Shown here: positions 40,638 to 50,095 of the stretch, piece after piece
Layout: each line of letters begins with the position of its first letter
How positions within the stretch are numbered: position 1 is the first letter of the stretch
DNA from: a virus
Lineage: Duplodnaviria; Caudoviricetes
Virus record (IMG/VR): IMGVR_UViG_3300026094_000002
Strand: one strand, 5' to 3'
Length of the DNA: 64,000 nucleotides
Position numbers and translations under genes: made by a program
Notes under the pieces: generated by a model
Database searches by the model: none
Told to the model about the DNA's origin: nothing
The model's input: only the letters and a program-made list of their open reading frames with translations

Positions 40638-43053
40638 GTTTGATGTATTTTACTTTGATAAAAAGCCAAACGTGTTTTCTCATGAAATCCACGTGAAAAG
40701 TATAGATGAGGCTAGAGAAAAATCTAAAACCAGATACTTTTGGATTTTGAATTACTTATCAGACTATTCTTGCTTTGATTTTATTTGGGAACCCGTTCCG
40801 TGGGAAAGTGAGTTTATTCACGCTTGGCCAAGCCAGTGGCAAAAAGATGGTCAAACATATCTAGTACCAAAAGAAAAATCTGTTGGCACAAAATACCACA
40901 AAAATATTATCCCTAGAATACTATCAGAAAAAAATTGGGAAATACCAAAAGATTGTATTGATGATAATTTTGATTTTACTTGGCATCCAGACCCAACTGA
41001 ACCACCATACATATATCAATTCGGTACTCAACACCAAAAGACAGGTGGCCCTAGATATGTCGTTCCCAATGCAACAGAAGTAAAATATGAAAGAAGCACA
41101 ATAGTTAAAAAAACTTCCATTGATAATAACTGGGAAATCCCCTCTGATATTGATGTAAATAATTTTGACTTCACATGGCACCCAGACGAAACAGAATCAC
41201 CATACATATATCAATTCGGTACTCAACACCAAAAGACAGGTGGCCCTAGATATGTCATGGAAGGTGCGACTGAAACAAAATTTATACGTGGCATAAAAGC
41301 CAAAAAAACCTCTATAGATGATAATTGGGAAATTCCTACAGGTGTCACATTTGAAGAGTTTGATTATACTTGGCACCCAGACGAAACAGAATCACCATAT
41401 ATCTATCAATTCGGCACTCAACACCAAAAGACAGGTGGTCCTCGGTATAGAATGTCTGGTGCCACAGAAACAAAATTTATACGCGGGATAAAAGCCAAAA
41501 AAACTTCTATTGATGATAACTGGGAAGTATCACCAGACATTGATGTGGAAAACTTTGATTACACTTGGCACCCGGATGAAACGGAATCACCATATATCTA
41601 TCAATTCGGCACTCAGCACCAAAAAACTGGCGGACCTAGATATATCACAAAGGGTTCTACAGAAACAAAATTTGTTCGGAATATATACGCTAATGTTAAA
41701 AGCAGTCCGGCAAAAAAAGTTTTTTTCATTGATCATTATGACGGGAACATTGACAAATCAATAGAATCTGTCAATTCTACAGACCTAGAAATATTAAAGA
41801 CACGGTATTCGTCAAATTATTTGAGTACAATAAGAAGAATAGCAAAGAAAGTTGGCGATGATTCTGAATACATTTGGATTTGTTCTTCGGTTTGTGATTA
41901 TACTGATTTTAATTTTTCTTGGCACCCAGAGCAGTGGCAGAGCAACATGGTCCATGTATTTCCAAGTAATGAGCAAAAATTCGGAGATACTTTTTTTATT
42001 CATGTGCCTTCAATCTTGGATCAATTAGATGTAGAATTATTAGAATGGCATAATATAAATTTTCTATCTGACATCTCAGTACCTAGATGGAATTGTCCAG
42101 AAGTAAAACACGATGATGATAGCCATATTGATGTGATAAAAAATCAAAATTTGCTGGCACCATTAACAATATTCTCTTGCGATAATGTCAATACTGATGA
42201 TATTAAAAATACCCCAACTGTTCCACTATGGGAAGAAAAAACAAAAACAATAGTACCACTATCAGATGGGGGATCTTCAGTTATAGTTCCCAGAGAAAGT
42301 ATTGCTTTTATTAATGATCAATTATATGATTATCCTTATATAGATAAAACTTTTTCTGGGATATGCGATGATAAACCATTAGACATTGTTTTTATATCTA
42401 ATGGTGAAACTAATGCAGAAGAAAACTGGGAACATTTACTCAGTGTTACTGCTGATAAATCAAATAGGGTTGCGAGAGTAGATGGTATAAATGGGCGTGT
42501 AGCGGCTTATCAGGCTGCTCTTGAGGAAAGTAATACCGACTGGGCATTTTGTGTGTTTGCTAAATTAAAAGTCAATCCAGAGTTTGATTGGTCGTGGCAA
42601 CCTGATAGAATGCAACAAAGAAAGCATTATATATTTCATGCAAAAAATCCAGTCAATTTTCTGGAATATGGTCATATGGCAATGATCGCATATAACAAAA
42701 AATTAACACTTCAAAACACAGGGGGTGGATTAGATTTTACACTTGACCAAGAACATGATGTAGTGCCACTACTAAGTGGAACAGCGGAATTCAATAATGA
42801 TCCGTGGATGACATGGAGAACGGCATTTAGAGAGTGTTTAAAGTTGCGTGATAGTTTGCCAAATATTGAAAACGAATATCGCTTAGAAACATGGCTTTCT
42901 GTCGGTGATGGCAATAATGGAGATTGGAGTGTCCGTGGTGCAGAGGATGCAGTGAGATATTACGAATCAGTGAATGGTGACTTTGAAAAACTCAAGTTAA
43001 GTTATGAATGGAAGTGGTTACAAGAGTTTTTTAATCGCGAGTACTCTCAATAA
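40636..43053 (+). CDS. Multi-module glycosyltransferase-like protein with four 65-aa tandem repeats
   Basis: C-terminal DIVFISNGE..RVDGINGRVAAY..WRTAFRECLK is homologous to 22414..23337; internal repeats. Confidence 0.7.
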   Translation: MFDVFYFDKKPNVFSHEIHVKSIDEAREKSKTRYFWILNYLSDYSCFDFIWEPVPWESEFIHAWPSQWQKDGQTYLVPKEKSVGTKYHKNIIPRILSEKNWEIPKDCIDDNFDFTWHPDPTEPPYIYQFGTQHQKTGGPRYVVPNATEVKYERSTIVKKTSIDNNWEIPSDIDVNNFDFTWHPDETESPYIYQFGTQHQKTGGPRYVMEGATETKFIRGIKAKKTSIDDNWEIPTGVTFEEFDYTWHPDETESPYIYQFGTQHQKTGGPRYRMSGATETKFIRGIKAKKTSIDDNWEVSPDIDVENFDYTWHPDETESPYIYQFGTQHQKTGGPRYITKGSTETKFVRNIYANVKSSPAKKVFFIDHYDGNIDKSIESVNSTDLEILKTRYSSNYLSTIRRIAKKVGDDSEYIWICSSVCDYTDFNFSWHPEQWQSNMVHVFPSNEQKFGDTFFIHVPSILDQLDVELLEWHNINFLSDISVPRWNCPEVKHDDDSHIDVIKNQNLLAPLTIFSCDNVNTDDIKNTPTVPLWEEKTKTIVPLSDGGSSVIVPRESIAFINDQLYDYPYIDKTFSGICDDKPLDIVFISNGETNAEENWEHLLSVTADKSNRVARVDGINGRVAAYQAALEESNTDWAFCVFAKLKVNPEFDWSWQPDRMQQRKHYIFHAKNPVNFLEYGHMAMIAYNKKLTLQNTGGGLDFTLDQEHDVVPLLSGTAEFNNDPWMTWRTAFRECLKLRDSLPNIENEYRLETWLSVGDGNNGDWSVRGAEDAVRYYESVNGDFEKLKLSYEWKWLQEFFNREYSQ
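40933..41712 (+). repeat. Four in-frame 195-bp tandem repeats (NWEIP..FD[F/Y]TWHPD.TE.PYIYQFGTQHQKTGGPRY)
   Basis: The WHP Trp codons fall at 40981, 41176, 41371 and 41566, exactly 195 bp apart. Confidence 0.95.
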
Positions 43054-44110
43054 CAGATTCACCAATATACTCTACTTCACTGTCTGATAACTCTGGATAG
43101 CAAGGCAAACTTAGCACACTTCTAGATAACATACTAGCAGTGCTAATCATCCCCGGATTTGGATACTTTTTAAATGCAGGTAACTCAAATAGTGGCTTGT
43201 CATAATGTATCTTTGTTTCAATGTCTTTATCAGCGAGTTTTTGTTTGATTTTGTTTCTCTCGCTATGTGATATAACAAACTTATGAAACCCATGATCACT
43301 GATAGAGTTGACAAGAACATTAATACCATTTTTTTCAAATATGCGGTACCAATATGAAAAAATCTCCCGACGACGATCCTGCCATTCATCAATATATTTT
43401 GACTTTACCATGAGTTGAGCACAATCTACCTCACTCATTCTCAAGTTACTGCCTGTTTGATAATTATTTGGTTTGCCATTATTACGATATTGTTTTGCAA
43501 AAAGTGCAAAACTTTCATCATTAGTAACTACTGCCCCACCGTTAGCATAATTGCCAAAATTTTTAGTAGGATCAAAACTTAAGGCTGCAGCAATTCCGCA
43601 TCGTTGAGAATTGTTTGCCAGCCAGTGCTGTGCTGCATCTTCTATCTCAACAGCAGTTTTATGTTTTGCCAATGCATTACGAACATCGCCGCCATACAGT
43701 CCGACTAATACTATTAAATGTGGGTCAATATCACTCTGAATAGAATCTGGTTTTATTATTCCATACTTGTCTACATCTGCAAAACAAATTTTCCAACCAG
43801 AATTAGCAAATGCATTTGCTGTAGCAGAATATGTCAATGACGGTAGTACTACTATTGGTGTTGTAGAATCATCATATTTAAGCATGTTATACATGGCGTA
43901 CTTTGCTATTAATTCTAACGCAACAGTACCGCTTGTGCATGTCACTGCATAACGATTACTATTTTTATTTGCTAACCATGTCTCAAACCGCTCAGTGAAG
44001 GGGCCATCCATAAGAATGCCACTGGAGAGAACTTTATCAGTAGCGTCTAGTATTTCTTCTCGCAGATTTTTATACTGACGTTCTATGTTTGAGAATGGTA
44101 TGAAACTCAT
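43031..44110 (-). CDS. DegT/DnrJ/EryC1/StrS PLP-dependent sugar aminotransferase
   Basis: CTSGTVAL, EDAAQH, SFDPTKNFG..NGGAV (PLP lysine), LSLPCYPEL. Confidence 0.92.
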   Translation of the reverse strand: MSFIPFSNIERQYKNLREEILDATDKVLSSGILMDGPFTERFETWLANKNSNRYAVTCTSGTVALELIAKYAMYNMLKYDDSTTPIVVLPSLTYSATANAFANSGWKICFADVDKYGIIKPDSIQSDIDPHLIVLVGLYGGDVRNALAKHKTAVEIEDAAQHWLANNSQRCGIAAALSFDPTKNFGNYANGGAVVTNDESFALFAKQYRNNGKPNNYQTGSNLRMSEVDCAQLMVKSKYIDEWQDRRREIFSYWYRIFEKNGINVLVNSISDHGFHKFVISHSERNKIKQKLADKDIETKIHYDKPLFELPAFKKYPNPGMISTASMLSRSVLSLPCYPELSDSEVEYIGESVIESTRD

Positions 44111-44119
44111 TTAAAATAA

Positions 44120-45061
44120 TTATTGATTGATTAAATAGTCATAAGTTTTTTCTAACCCAATTTCTATATCAACTGTTGGATTATAACCAAGTAAAGACTT
44201 GGCTTTGTTAATATCTAACGTTCCGCGACTTGGATAAGAGTTATCTGGGTTGTTCATTTTGATTTCACCACCACCAGCGATAGCAGTGGCAATTTGTGCA
44301 GCATCATATATAGTCCGTGCAGAACCACGGGTCATGTTGAAAGTTTGATTCTCTGATTCTTTCTTTTCTGTTGTTAGTGCAATTCCAGACACTAAATCAC
44401 TTATGTATGTAAAGTCTATAGATTCATCTTTGCCATTTACAGTAAGTGTTTTGTTATCGTTTGCCGCAGACAAAAACTTTGGAACTATCCGGTCGCTAAT
44501 ATCATTTGACCCATATACAGCACTTGGGCGAATTATCGTGTATGGCACTGACATCTTAGATGACCAATCTTTAACTAAATTTTCACCTGCAAGTTTAAGT
44601 ATGCCATATTGACCTTTTGGATTGCACGGAGAATCCTCGGTAACTGAACCAGAAAAATCGCCATACACCATACTAGAACTAACAAATATAAATTTGCCAA
44701 CGTTGCTACATGCTTGTAATAAGTTTATATTACCTTCAATCATGGTTCTTGCAGCAAGTGCTGGGTTTTTGGAAACAGTTTTTTGACGTGGAAAACTGGC
44801 TAGATGTATAACCACATCATAGGAGTTGACATTAAAGATAGATTGGAAGTCGGCATAATCATTTATATCGGCTCGGTAAATAATTACGCTTTTTGGGATT
44901 GTTTTTAGCCTACTAGAAACTAATCGCCCAACTTCTGCAGAGTTGACCGAACCATAATCAGTGACATTGTCAATTATTGATACTTGATGGCCTAGGTGGC
45001 ACAAGTGTTGAACAAGATGGTGGCCTATAAAACCTAGGCCACCAGTTACCATTATTTTCAT
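44120..45061 (-). CDS. NAD-dependent NDP-sugar epimerase/dehydratase
   Basis: VTGGLGFIG, VIHLAS, SSSMVYG, YGILK (YxxxK), RPSAVYG, DFTYISD. Confidence 0.92.
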   Translation of the reverse strand: MKIMVTGGLGFIGHHLVQHLCHLGHQVSIIDNVTDYGSVNSAEVGRLVSSRLKTIPKSVIIYRADINDYADFQSIFNVNSYDVVIHLASFPRQKTVSKNPALAARTMIEGNINLLQACSNVGKFIFVSSSMVYGDFSGSVTEDSPCNPKGQYGILKLAGENLVKDWSSKMSVPYTIIRPSAVYGSNDISDRIVPKFLSAANDNKTLTVNGKDESIDFTYISDLVSGIALTTEKKESENQTFNMTRGSARTIYDAAQIATAIAGGGEIKMNNPDNSYPSRGTLDINKAKSLLGYNPTVDIEIGLEKTYDYLINQ

Positions 45062-45064
45062 TTT

Positions 45065-45745
45065 TTATTCAGAAACATACTCTTCACTCAGAGGAAAAAT
45101 CTTTGCGATTACTTCTGCACAGATTTTTGCAATCTCAGCGTGTTCTTTTTGCGTACCATTGCCAGATCTTAATTGTATGTAGTGGATCCAAGAACGAATA
45201 GTGCCATTCATGTACATTCTTGACATAATGTTTCCTTCTGGTAGAACTGCCCGTGCTTGTTCTTTAGCAATACCGTTTTCAATTGCCCATTCATATGCTT
45301 CCCTAGCAGTCTGGATGACATTTGCCTGTTTTTCATTCCACATTTCTTGAAGCACTTTATTGGAAGTAGTGTCATCAAGTTCTATTGAGTTTTGACGATT
45401 CTTATTATCTTGCAGACGTGCCTCTCTAATAACAAATTCTAAATCTTTGGTAGGATTTGCATACCTTTGGGACCATTCCTGAAAAGAAAAACTACGATGA
45501 CGCAAAATTTGACGAGCAATATCACGAGTTGTTTCAATCTCTAAACATGCAGAAACCATTTCAAAAGGACTCCAATGAGCATGTTTAGCCAAGAAGTTTA
45601 GCAGTTTTGTTGATGTTTCTGTATTATATTGATTATTTGGGTTACTTACCCGTGCACAGTATGCAATAAGGTCTTGCACATCATCAAGATCTTGATCAAT
45701 TAATTCTTGTGACGGTTGTGAATATGATATTAATTTTACGTTCAT
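45065..45745 (-). CDS. thyX: FAD-dependent thymidylate synthase
   Basis: HWSPFE, RQILRHRSFSFQEWSQRY (ThyX motif), EQARAVLP, TQKEH. Confidence 0.95.
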   Translation of the reverse strand: MNVKLISYSQPSQELIDQDLDDVQDLIAYCARVSNPNNQYNTETSTKLLNFLAKHAHWSPFEMVSACLEIETTRDIARQILRHRSFSFQEWSQRYANPTKDLEFVIREARLQDNKNRQNSIELDDTTSNKVLQEMWNEKQANVIQTAREAYEWAIENGIAKEQARAVLPEGNIMSRMYMNGTIRSWIHYIQLRSGNGTQKEHAEIAKICAEVIAKIFPLSEEYVSE

Positions 45746-45990
45746 AGAGGATCTATCTCTTGATCATTTTCCATTTCCCAAGAATTAAGGATATTTCCTA
45801 AAGCAAGACCAACAATTGGATCACAATCATCACTTTCTTTATATTCAAAAATTTCTAAAATTTGTTCTTTTGACAATTCATCAGTGTCTTCAACTGAATA
45901 AAATTCTGTAACTTGATTTTCCATCCACTCCGTCGCAGTTCCTTCAATCATATCTAGCAGTTTAGATGTTTTCCCGGGATCATAACTCAT
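45742..45990 (-). CDS. Acidic hypothetical protein (82 aa)
   Basis: ORF with ATGA overlap into thyX; GGAG RBS. Confidence 0.6.
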   Translation of the reverse strand: MSYDPGKTSKLLDMIEGTATEWMENQVTEFYSVEDTDELSKEQILEIFEYKESDDCDPIVGLALGNILNSWEMENDQEIDPL

Positions 45991-46023
45991 GATGATTTGT
46001 TTCTCCTATAGTCATTGAGTTTA

Positions 46024-46329
46024 TTAGTCTAGTTTTAAAAGTTTGTTGGTCTCTGCTTGAACAATTCGGGCAACAGCATCAATATCAACATAGAAATCCA
46101 TGTCATCAGCACTGCCCCCGATTGTTGCTACAGTTTCATAGAAGATTGACTCAATAGTATCTGAAGACAATCCTTGTTTCTTCATTTTATCAATATCAAT
46201 TGTTTTGTGGTTTTCGTCGTCAACATTAACTGTGACACGTTTCACATATTCAATTGGTATCATTGTCTTATCTACCGAATTTATTATATCAGACCAACGT
46301 TCTACAAAGCCCTTTTCGGTTGGATTCAT
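46024..46329 (-). CDS. Hypothetical protein (101 aa)
   Basis: ORF in the minus-strand operon. Confidence 0.65.
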   Translation of the reverse strand: MNPTEKGFVERWSDIINSVDKTMIPIEYVKRVTVNVDDENHKTIDIDKMKKQGLSSDTIESIFYETVATIGGSADDMDFYVDIDAVARIVQAETNKLLKLD

Positions 46330-46332
46330 AAT

Positions 46333-46989
46333 TTATGAAGAAGTTGTTTTTGTGGTTTGTGTCTTGGTTTCTGACTTTGGCTTACGACCACGCTTAGCAG
46401 GTTTCTTTGGCTCTGGCTCACCCTTGAGTTCTGCAGCCTCTTTAAGAAGTCGCTCACTCTCTGCCATTAGAGACTCTGCTTCTGACTTCATTCGTGCAGC
46501 CTGTTGCTCAAAATCTTGTGCTAGTTTTGTATCATCAAGAACATTCTGTGCACCTTGTGCTGCTTCTTGTACTTGTGATGCACGAGGATCAACCATCCCA
46601 GCATTTTCGTCAAGATCAGAAAGCCTCTTAACCGCGTCTTCACCCTGCTTCATTTCGTTCAGAATAGTGTTTAACTCATCAAGACGAATAGTAGAACCCG
46701 GCTTTGGTGTCATTATAATCTGACTGGTTTGTACCTTTTTAATCATGCCTTCTTTGTGCAAAGATTCTAGGATAGGATTACCGTTTGGGAGAAGGTTCCT
46801 ATGCAACACATCCCCAAGATCGTCTGCTGCTTGTCCTTCGGGGCTTTCAATTGCTTTCATAATAGCAGAATCCCACTCACCCGGCAAAAGGTCAGGGAAA
46901 ACTACCAGTGCCATATGTTCCTCATCAGGAACCTGTTTGAATACAACAGCAACCTTGCGGTCGCCGTTTTTGCCTACGTGCTTAATCAT
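46333..46989 (-). CDS. Hypothetical protein with a C-terminal coiled coil and basic tail (start moved to MIKHVGK, 46989)
   Basis: GAGGAG RBS before ATG 46989; 218 aa. Confidence 0.7.
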   Translation of the reverse strand: MIKHVGKNGDRKVAVVFKQVPDEEHMALVVFPDLLPGEWDSAIMKAIESPEGQAADDLGDVLHRNLLPNGNPILESLHKEGMIKKVQTSQIIMTPKPGSTIRLDELNTILNEMKQGEDAVKRLSDLDENAGMVDPRASQVQEAAQGAQNVLDDTKLAQDFEQQAARMKSEAESLMAESERLLKEAAELKGEPEPKKPAKRGRKPKSETKTQTTKTTSS

Positions 46990-47191
46990 TTTGAGAATTC
47001 TCCTCGGTTGGTTCAGAATCAGTTGTTGTATTATCTGTAGCATCTAAAGAATTTAAGAAAGCGGCGATCTTTTCGTAGGTTTCTCCTACAATACGGCTTT
47101 CGTCGGCTTTAAATGCCCCACGTTGTACAGCAACATCTATGATTTTCTGTATTTGTAACAAATCGTTAATTGTTAATGTTTCTTCATTCAT
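46982..47191 (-). CDS. Small hypothetical protein (69 aa)
   Basis: ORF with TAAATA 7 nt upstream; overlaps the next gene. Confidence 0.7.
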   Translation of the reverse strand: MNEETLTINDLLQIQKIIDVAVQRGAFKADESRIVGETYEKIAAFLNSLDATDNTTTDSEPTEENSQND

Positions 47192-47232
47192 GGTCTATTA
47201 TTTACCAACATTATATCCGTATATAATAAAAA

Positions 47233-48468
47233 TTATGAATTATCTTTTGGTGTATATTTTACAGCAGTTCCATATGGAGTTTCGGCTCTGTCTACAGAAC
47301 TATGTAGTATAAAAAGTGTATCACAATAATCAGGGTCACCCCAATCATGAACAAACCCGTCAGTGAATACCACAAGTTGCTCTGGTTCAATTTGTTCATC
47401 TTTAAGAAAGTTAAAGATGCAACTAAATGCAGTACCCCCACCACCAATACATTCGTATTCAGCGATTGAATCTAAGTTTTCAGAATTGAAAACGTGATAA
47501 TTATATACTTCTGTATCAAAACTAAAAACGTGAAGATTAAAGGACACAAAGGTCTCAGTAATACCTTGAACCTCGCTTAGGAAATCACGAATCTGAGATT
47601 CACGAATAGAACCTGACAAATCAAGTGCAATTGCGATATCTACTGTTTCTGCATCATTATGACCGGGAAGGACTGCCTCAATATGCCATGAACGTCGACT
47701 CGGACGGTTCCAAGTGTAATCATCTTTAATTTTAGACTGCATAGTAACCTGCAGTAGTTCTCGCCAATCAAGTTGAGGCTCAATAAGATCTTGAACCATA
47801 CGACGCACACCCTTCGGAAGTGATCCCGGGTCAGATCCCTGTGCTGCAGCCAATGTTGCTTCTTTAATCTCATCTCTGATTTGCTTTTTTTCTTCCTCAC
47901 TCAGAGTTGGTCGACCATCAGAAGAAGAATTATCGGCATCGCCAGAGCCAGAACCATCTAGGTGTTCATCTAGAATCTTCTCAAGTAACTTATCAACCTC
48001 AATCTTTTCGGCATTATCAAACAAGTCATCATATACCTGCTCAGAACTCCAACCAATATATTTTGTGTCATAAAGACAATCTACCGTGGTAATAAATTCT
48101 CCCACGCCATGTTTTTTAAGATCGGCATTGACGCAATAATCATTGGCAATGTTCCAAAGTTGTGGATCACGGTCTCCACGCCGACCAAAGTGATCATAAA
48201 CACAATGTAGAACTTCGTGGCCAAACAAAAACTCTCGTTCAGCAGGACGCAAACTCTTAATAAATTCAGAATTGTAATAAAAGTTACGACCGTCAGTGGC
48301 TGCAGTTGGACACCAACTATCGGCGTTGACCAACTTTAGCCTAGTGGCTAGATTACCGAAAAAGTTAGCCTTGAGAAGAAGACCAACTCGGGCAGTCACC
48401 AACATTTCCCTAACTTCTCTATCAAGAACGGGATCAAATTCTGTCTTTTCAGTAACTTCTTCAGTCAT
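47233..48468 (-). CDS. VWA-like domain protein with an N-terminal HExxH metallopeptidase-like domain (DUF2201-like)
   Basis: TAATDG, GHEVLH, IALDLSGS (MIDAS), GGGGTAF, VVFTDG. Confidence 0.85.
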   Translation of the reverse strand: MTEEVTEKTEFDPVLDREVREMLVTARVGLLLKANFFGNLATRLKLVNADSWCPTAATDGRNFYYNSEFIKSLRPAEREFLFGHEVLHCVYDHFGRRGDRDPQLWNIANDYCVNADLKKHGVGEFITTVDCLYDTKYIGWSSEQVYDDLFDNAEKIEVDKLLEKILDEHLDGSGSGDADNSSSDGRPTLSEEEKKQIRDEIKEATLAAAQGSDPGSLPKGVRRMVQDLIEPQLDWRELLQVTMQSKIKDDYTWNRPSRRSWHIEAVLPGHNDAETVDIAIALDLSGSIRESQIRDFLSEVQGITETFVSFNLHVFSFDTEVYNYHVFNSENLDSIAEYECIGGGGTAFSCIFNFLKDEQIEPEQLVVFTDGFVHDWGDPDYCDTLFILHSSVDRAETPYGTAVKYTPKDNS

Positions 48469-48497
48469 TGTGATGTCCTTTGCGAATGAATGATACT

Positions 48498-48527
48498 ATT
48501 ATAGCAAACTTAGTACTTGTTAATCAA
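48498..48527 (-). promoter_or_regulatory. Sigma70-like early promoter TTGATT-N18-TATAAT
   Basis: Upstream of the VWA gene, with TG extension before the -10. Confidence 0.6.
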
Positions 48528-48533
48528 GAGATA

Positions 48534-48890
48534 TTATGAAAAAGATAAGTGAAAAAATGATAATTCTTTGTTACTACAAATATATATTCTCAAATCTTCA
48601 GTGCCATTCGACCATGACCAGTGAGGATTAACGTATTTGTTAATCTCGTTTGAGTCTTTTTCGCTAATAGGAGGCCAATTTACCCGCTTGGTAATAAACT
48701 TCCAGTCTCTCATTTCTTGCCATTGGCGAACTTCAGATGATGTTCCGTATTTCTCGGTAAACCAGTCTATCGCCTGACAAAAGTTAAGAGGACCAACATC
48801 TTGTCCCATATATTTTGAGAAACTGATATAACAAAAGAACCATTTATGATATCGGTGTCTGCGGTCAGTGTAATGCAGTTTGTACTTCAT
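48534..48890 (-). CDS. Aromatic-rich hypothetical protein (118 aa)
   Basis: ORF with TAAATA 7 nt upstream. Confidence 0.6.
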   Translation of the reverse strand: MKYKLHYTDRRHRYHKWFFCYISFSKYMGQDVGPLNFCQAIDWFTEKYGTSSEVRQWQEMRDWKFITKRVNWPPISEKDSNEINKYVNPHWSWSNGTEDLRIYICSNKELSFFHLSFS

Positions 48891-48919
48891 TGAACCCTAT
48901 TTACAGTGGGGGTGTTTAT

Positions 48920-48952
48920 TAAAATAATAAAGGCGACCGCAGCCGCCTTTAT
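48920..48952 (-). terminator. Rho-independent terminator after the AAA ATPase
   Basis: 9-bp stem ATAAAGGCG/CGCCTTTAT followed on the minus strand by TATTTT. Confidence 0.65.
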
Positions 48953-48973
48953 ATTGGGTTTTACTACCACCAA

Positions 48974-50065
48974 TTACGAATTGGCTTGAACAATATAATT
49001 TCCATAGCGTGAATGGAACTCTTCAAAGTTCTTCAACTTAGTTGGTTGTAGTGGAAGGTTATAAGTAGTAAGTGCTACCCTTGCTCCCATAACAACCAGT
49101 TCTGGCTCAAAGTTATCCATCATATAGCGGAAAAAGTAATCCGCCATCTTATGGAAATCCTTTTCATCAATCTCATTTTCAAGATTCTGCTTTAGTTCAT
49201 AGCAAAGGTTAATAACCAAACTATACATAGCAGAGATTTCGTTTACTTCTAGGTCAGTCACCTTGCCAGAAAGAATATCTTCAGCCAGCGGCATCTTGTT
49301 AGAAATCTTTCTATGTGCCATAAACTTGATAGCCAGACCTTCGCCAATCGTGCCGGAGACAAGATCAGTCAGCGTGTCGTGATCAAGATCATCATCTTCA
49401 AGAAGTTCTGACACAAATGACCACGAACGTGGAGTCGCGAACGCACGACTTGCACTCTTGGCATCAAAGTCATACAGATCTTGCTTAGCAAATGATAGAT
49501 ACCCAACAACATCACTATGGATTCCATTATTCACCGCCCAATCTTGCCAGTCAGCAAAATCTACACGCATTTCCTGATGAACAAACCGGTTCGCCAGAGG
49601 CGTGGGCATACGATAGGTAACACCCTTGTCACTCTCGCGGTTACCAGCAGCAACCAGAACAACATTATCAGGAAGCACATACTTTCCTACGCGACGATTA
49701 AGAATCAACTGATATGCTGCCGCCTGAACACTTGGTGGGGCAGAGTTCATTTCATCAAGAAATAGCACAACAACAGGGTACTGTGCCGCTGTCTTTTCAT
49801 CGGGAAGATCAATAGGTGGAGCCCAATCCATGATACCCTCTTCCTTGTTGTAGTAGGGAATACCACGAATATCAGTTGGATCCATTTGTCCTAGACGAAG
49901 ATCAATCATAAGACCGCTCATCTCTTTTGCAACATCTGCAACAATTTCAGACTTGCCAATGCCGGGAGGCCCCCACAGGAACAGTGGACGCTGGATGTTG
50001 AAACACTTTGTTAGTGCCTTGCGAATACCAGAAGGCGTTACTGTTCGAGTATCAGAATCAGACAT
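48974..50065 (-). CDS. MoxR/dynein-related AAA+ ATPase
   Basis: Walker A GPPGIGKS, Walker B LFLDEMN, AAGN, ANRF, ATPRSW. Confidence 0.92.
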   Translation of the reverse strand: MSDSDTRTVTPSGIRKALTKCFNIQRPLFLWGPPGIGKSEIVADVAKEMSGLMIDLRLGQMDPTDIRGIPYYNKEEGIMDWAPPIDLPDEKTAAQYPVVVLFLDEMNSAPPSVQAAAYQLILNRRVGKYVLPDNVVLVAAGNRESDKGVTYRMPTPLANRFVHQEMRVDFADWQDWAVNNGIHSDVVGYLSFAKQDLYDFDAKSASRAFATPRSWSFVSELLEDDDLDHDTLTDLVSGTIGEGLAIKFMAHRKISNKMPLAEDILSGKVTDLEVNEISAMYSLVINLCYELKQNLENEIDEKDFHKMADYFFRYMMDNFEPELVVMGARVALTTYNLPLQPTKLKNFEEFHSRYGNYIVQANS

Positions 50066-50095
50066 TTTGTTTTCCTTTGCTTGAATTCAGGAAGA

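Noticed and set aside
40933-41712. CRISPR array or non-coding repeat
   Set aside because: Units are 195 bp, in frame, vary mainly at synonymous or conservative sites and have no unique spacers; it is a protein repeat
20186-45061. Host chromosomal LPS/capsule island rather than phage DNA
   Set aside because: Contiguous with baseplate/fibre genes, ThyX and T4-like RNase H; no wzx/wzy/ABC export genes, integrase or att site visible
46205-46723. 172-aa + strand ORF and similar antisense ORFs in the track (e.g. 641..1072, 9119..9472, 50803..51183)
   Set aside because: Shadows of longer, motif-bearing genes on the opposite strand; no RBS or motifs
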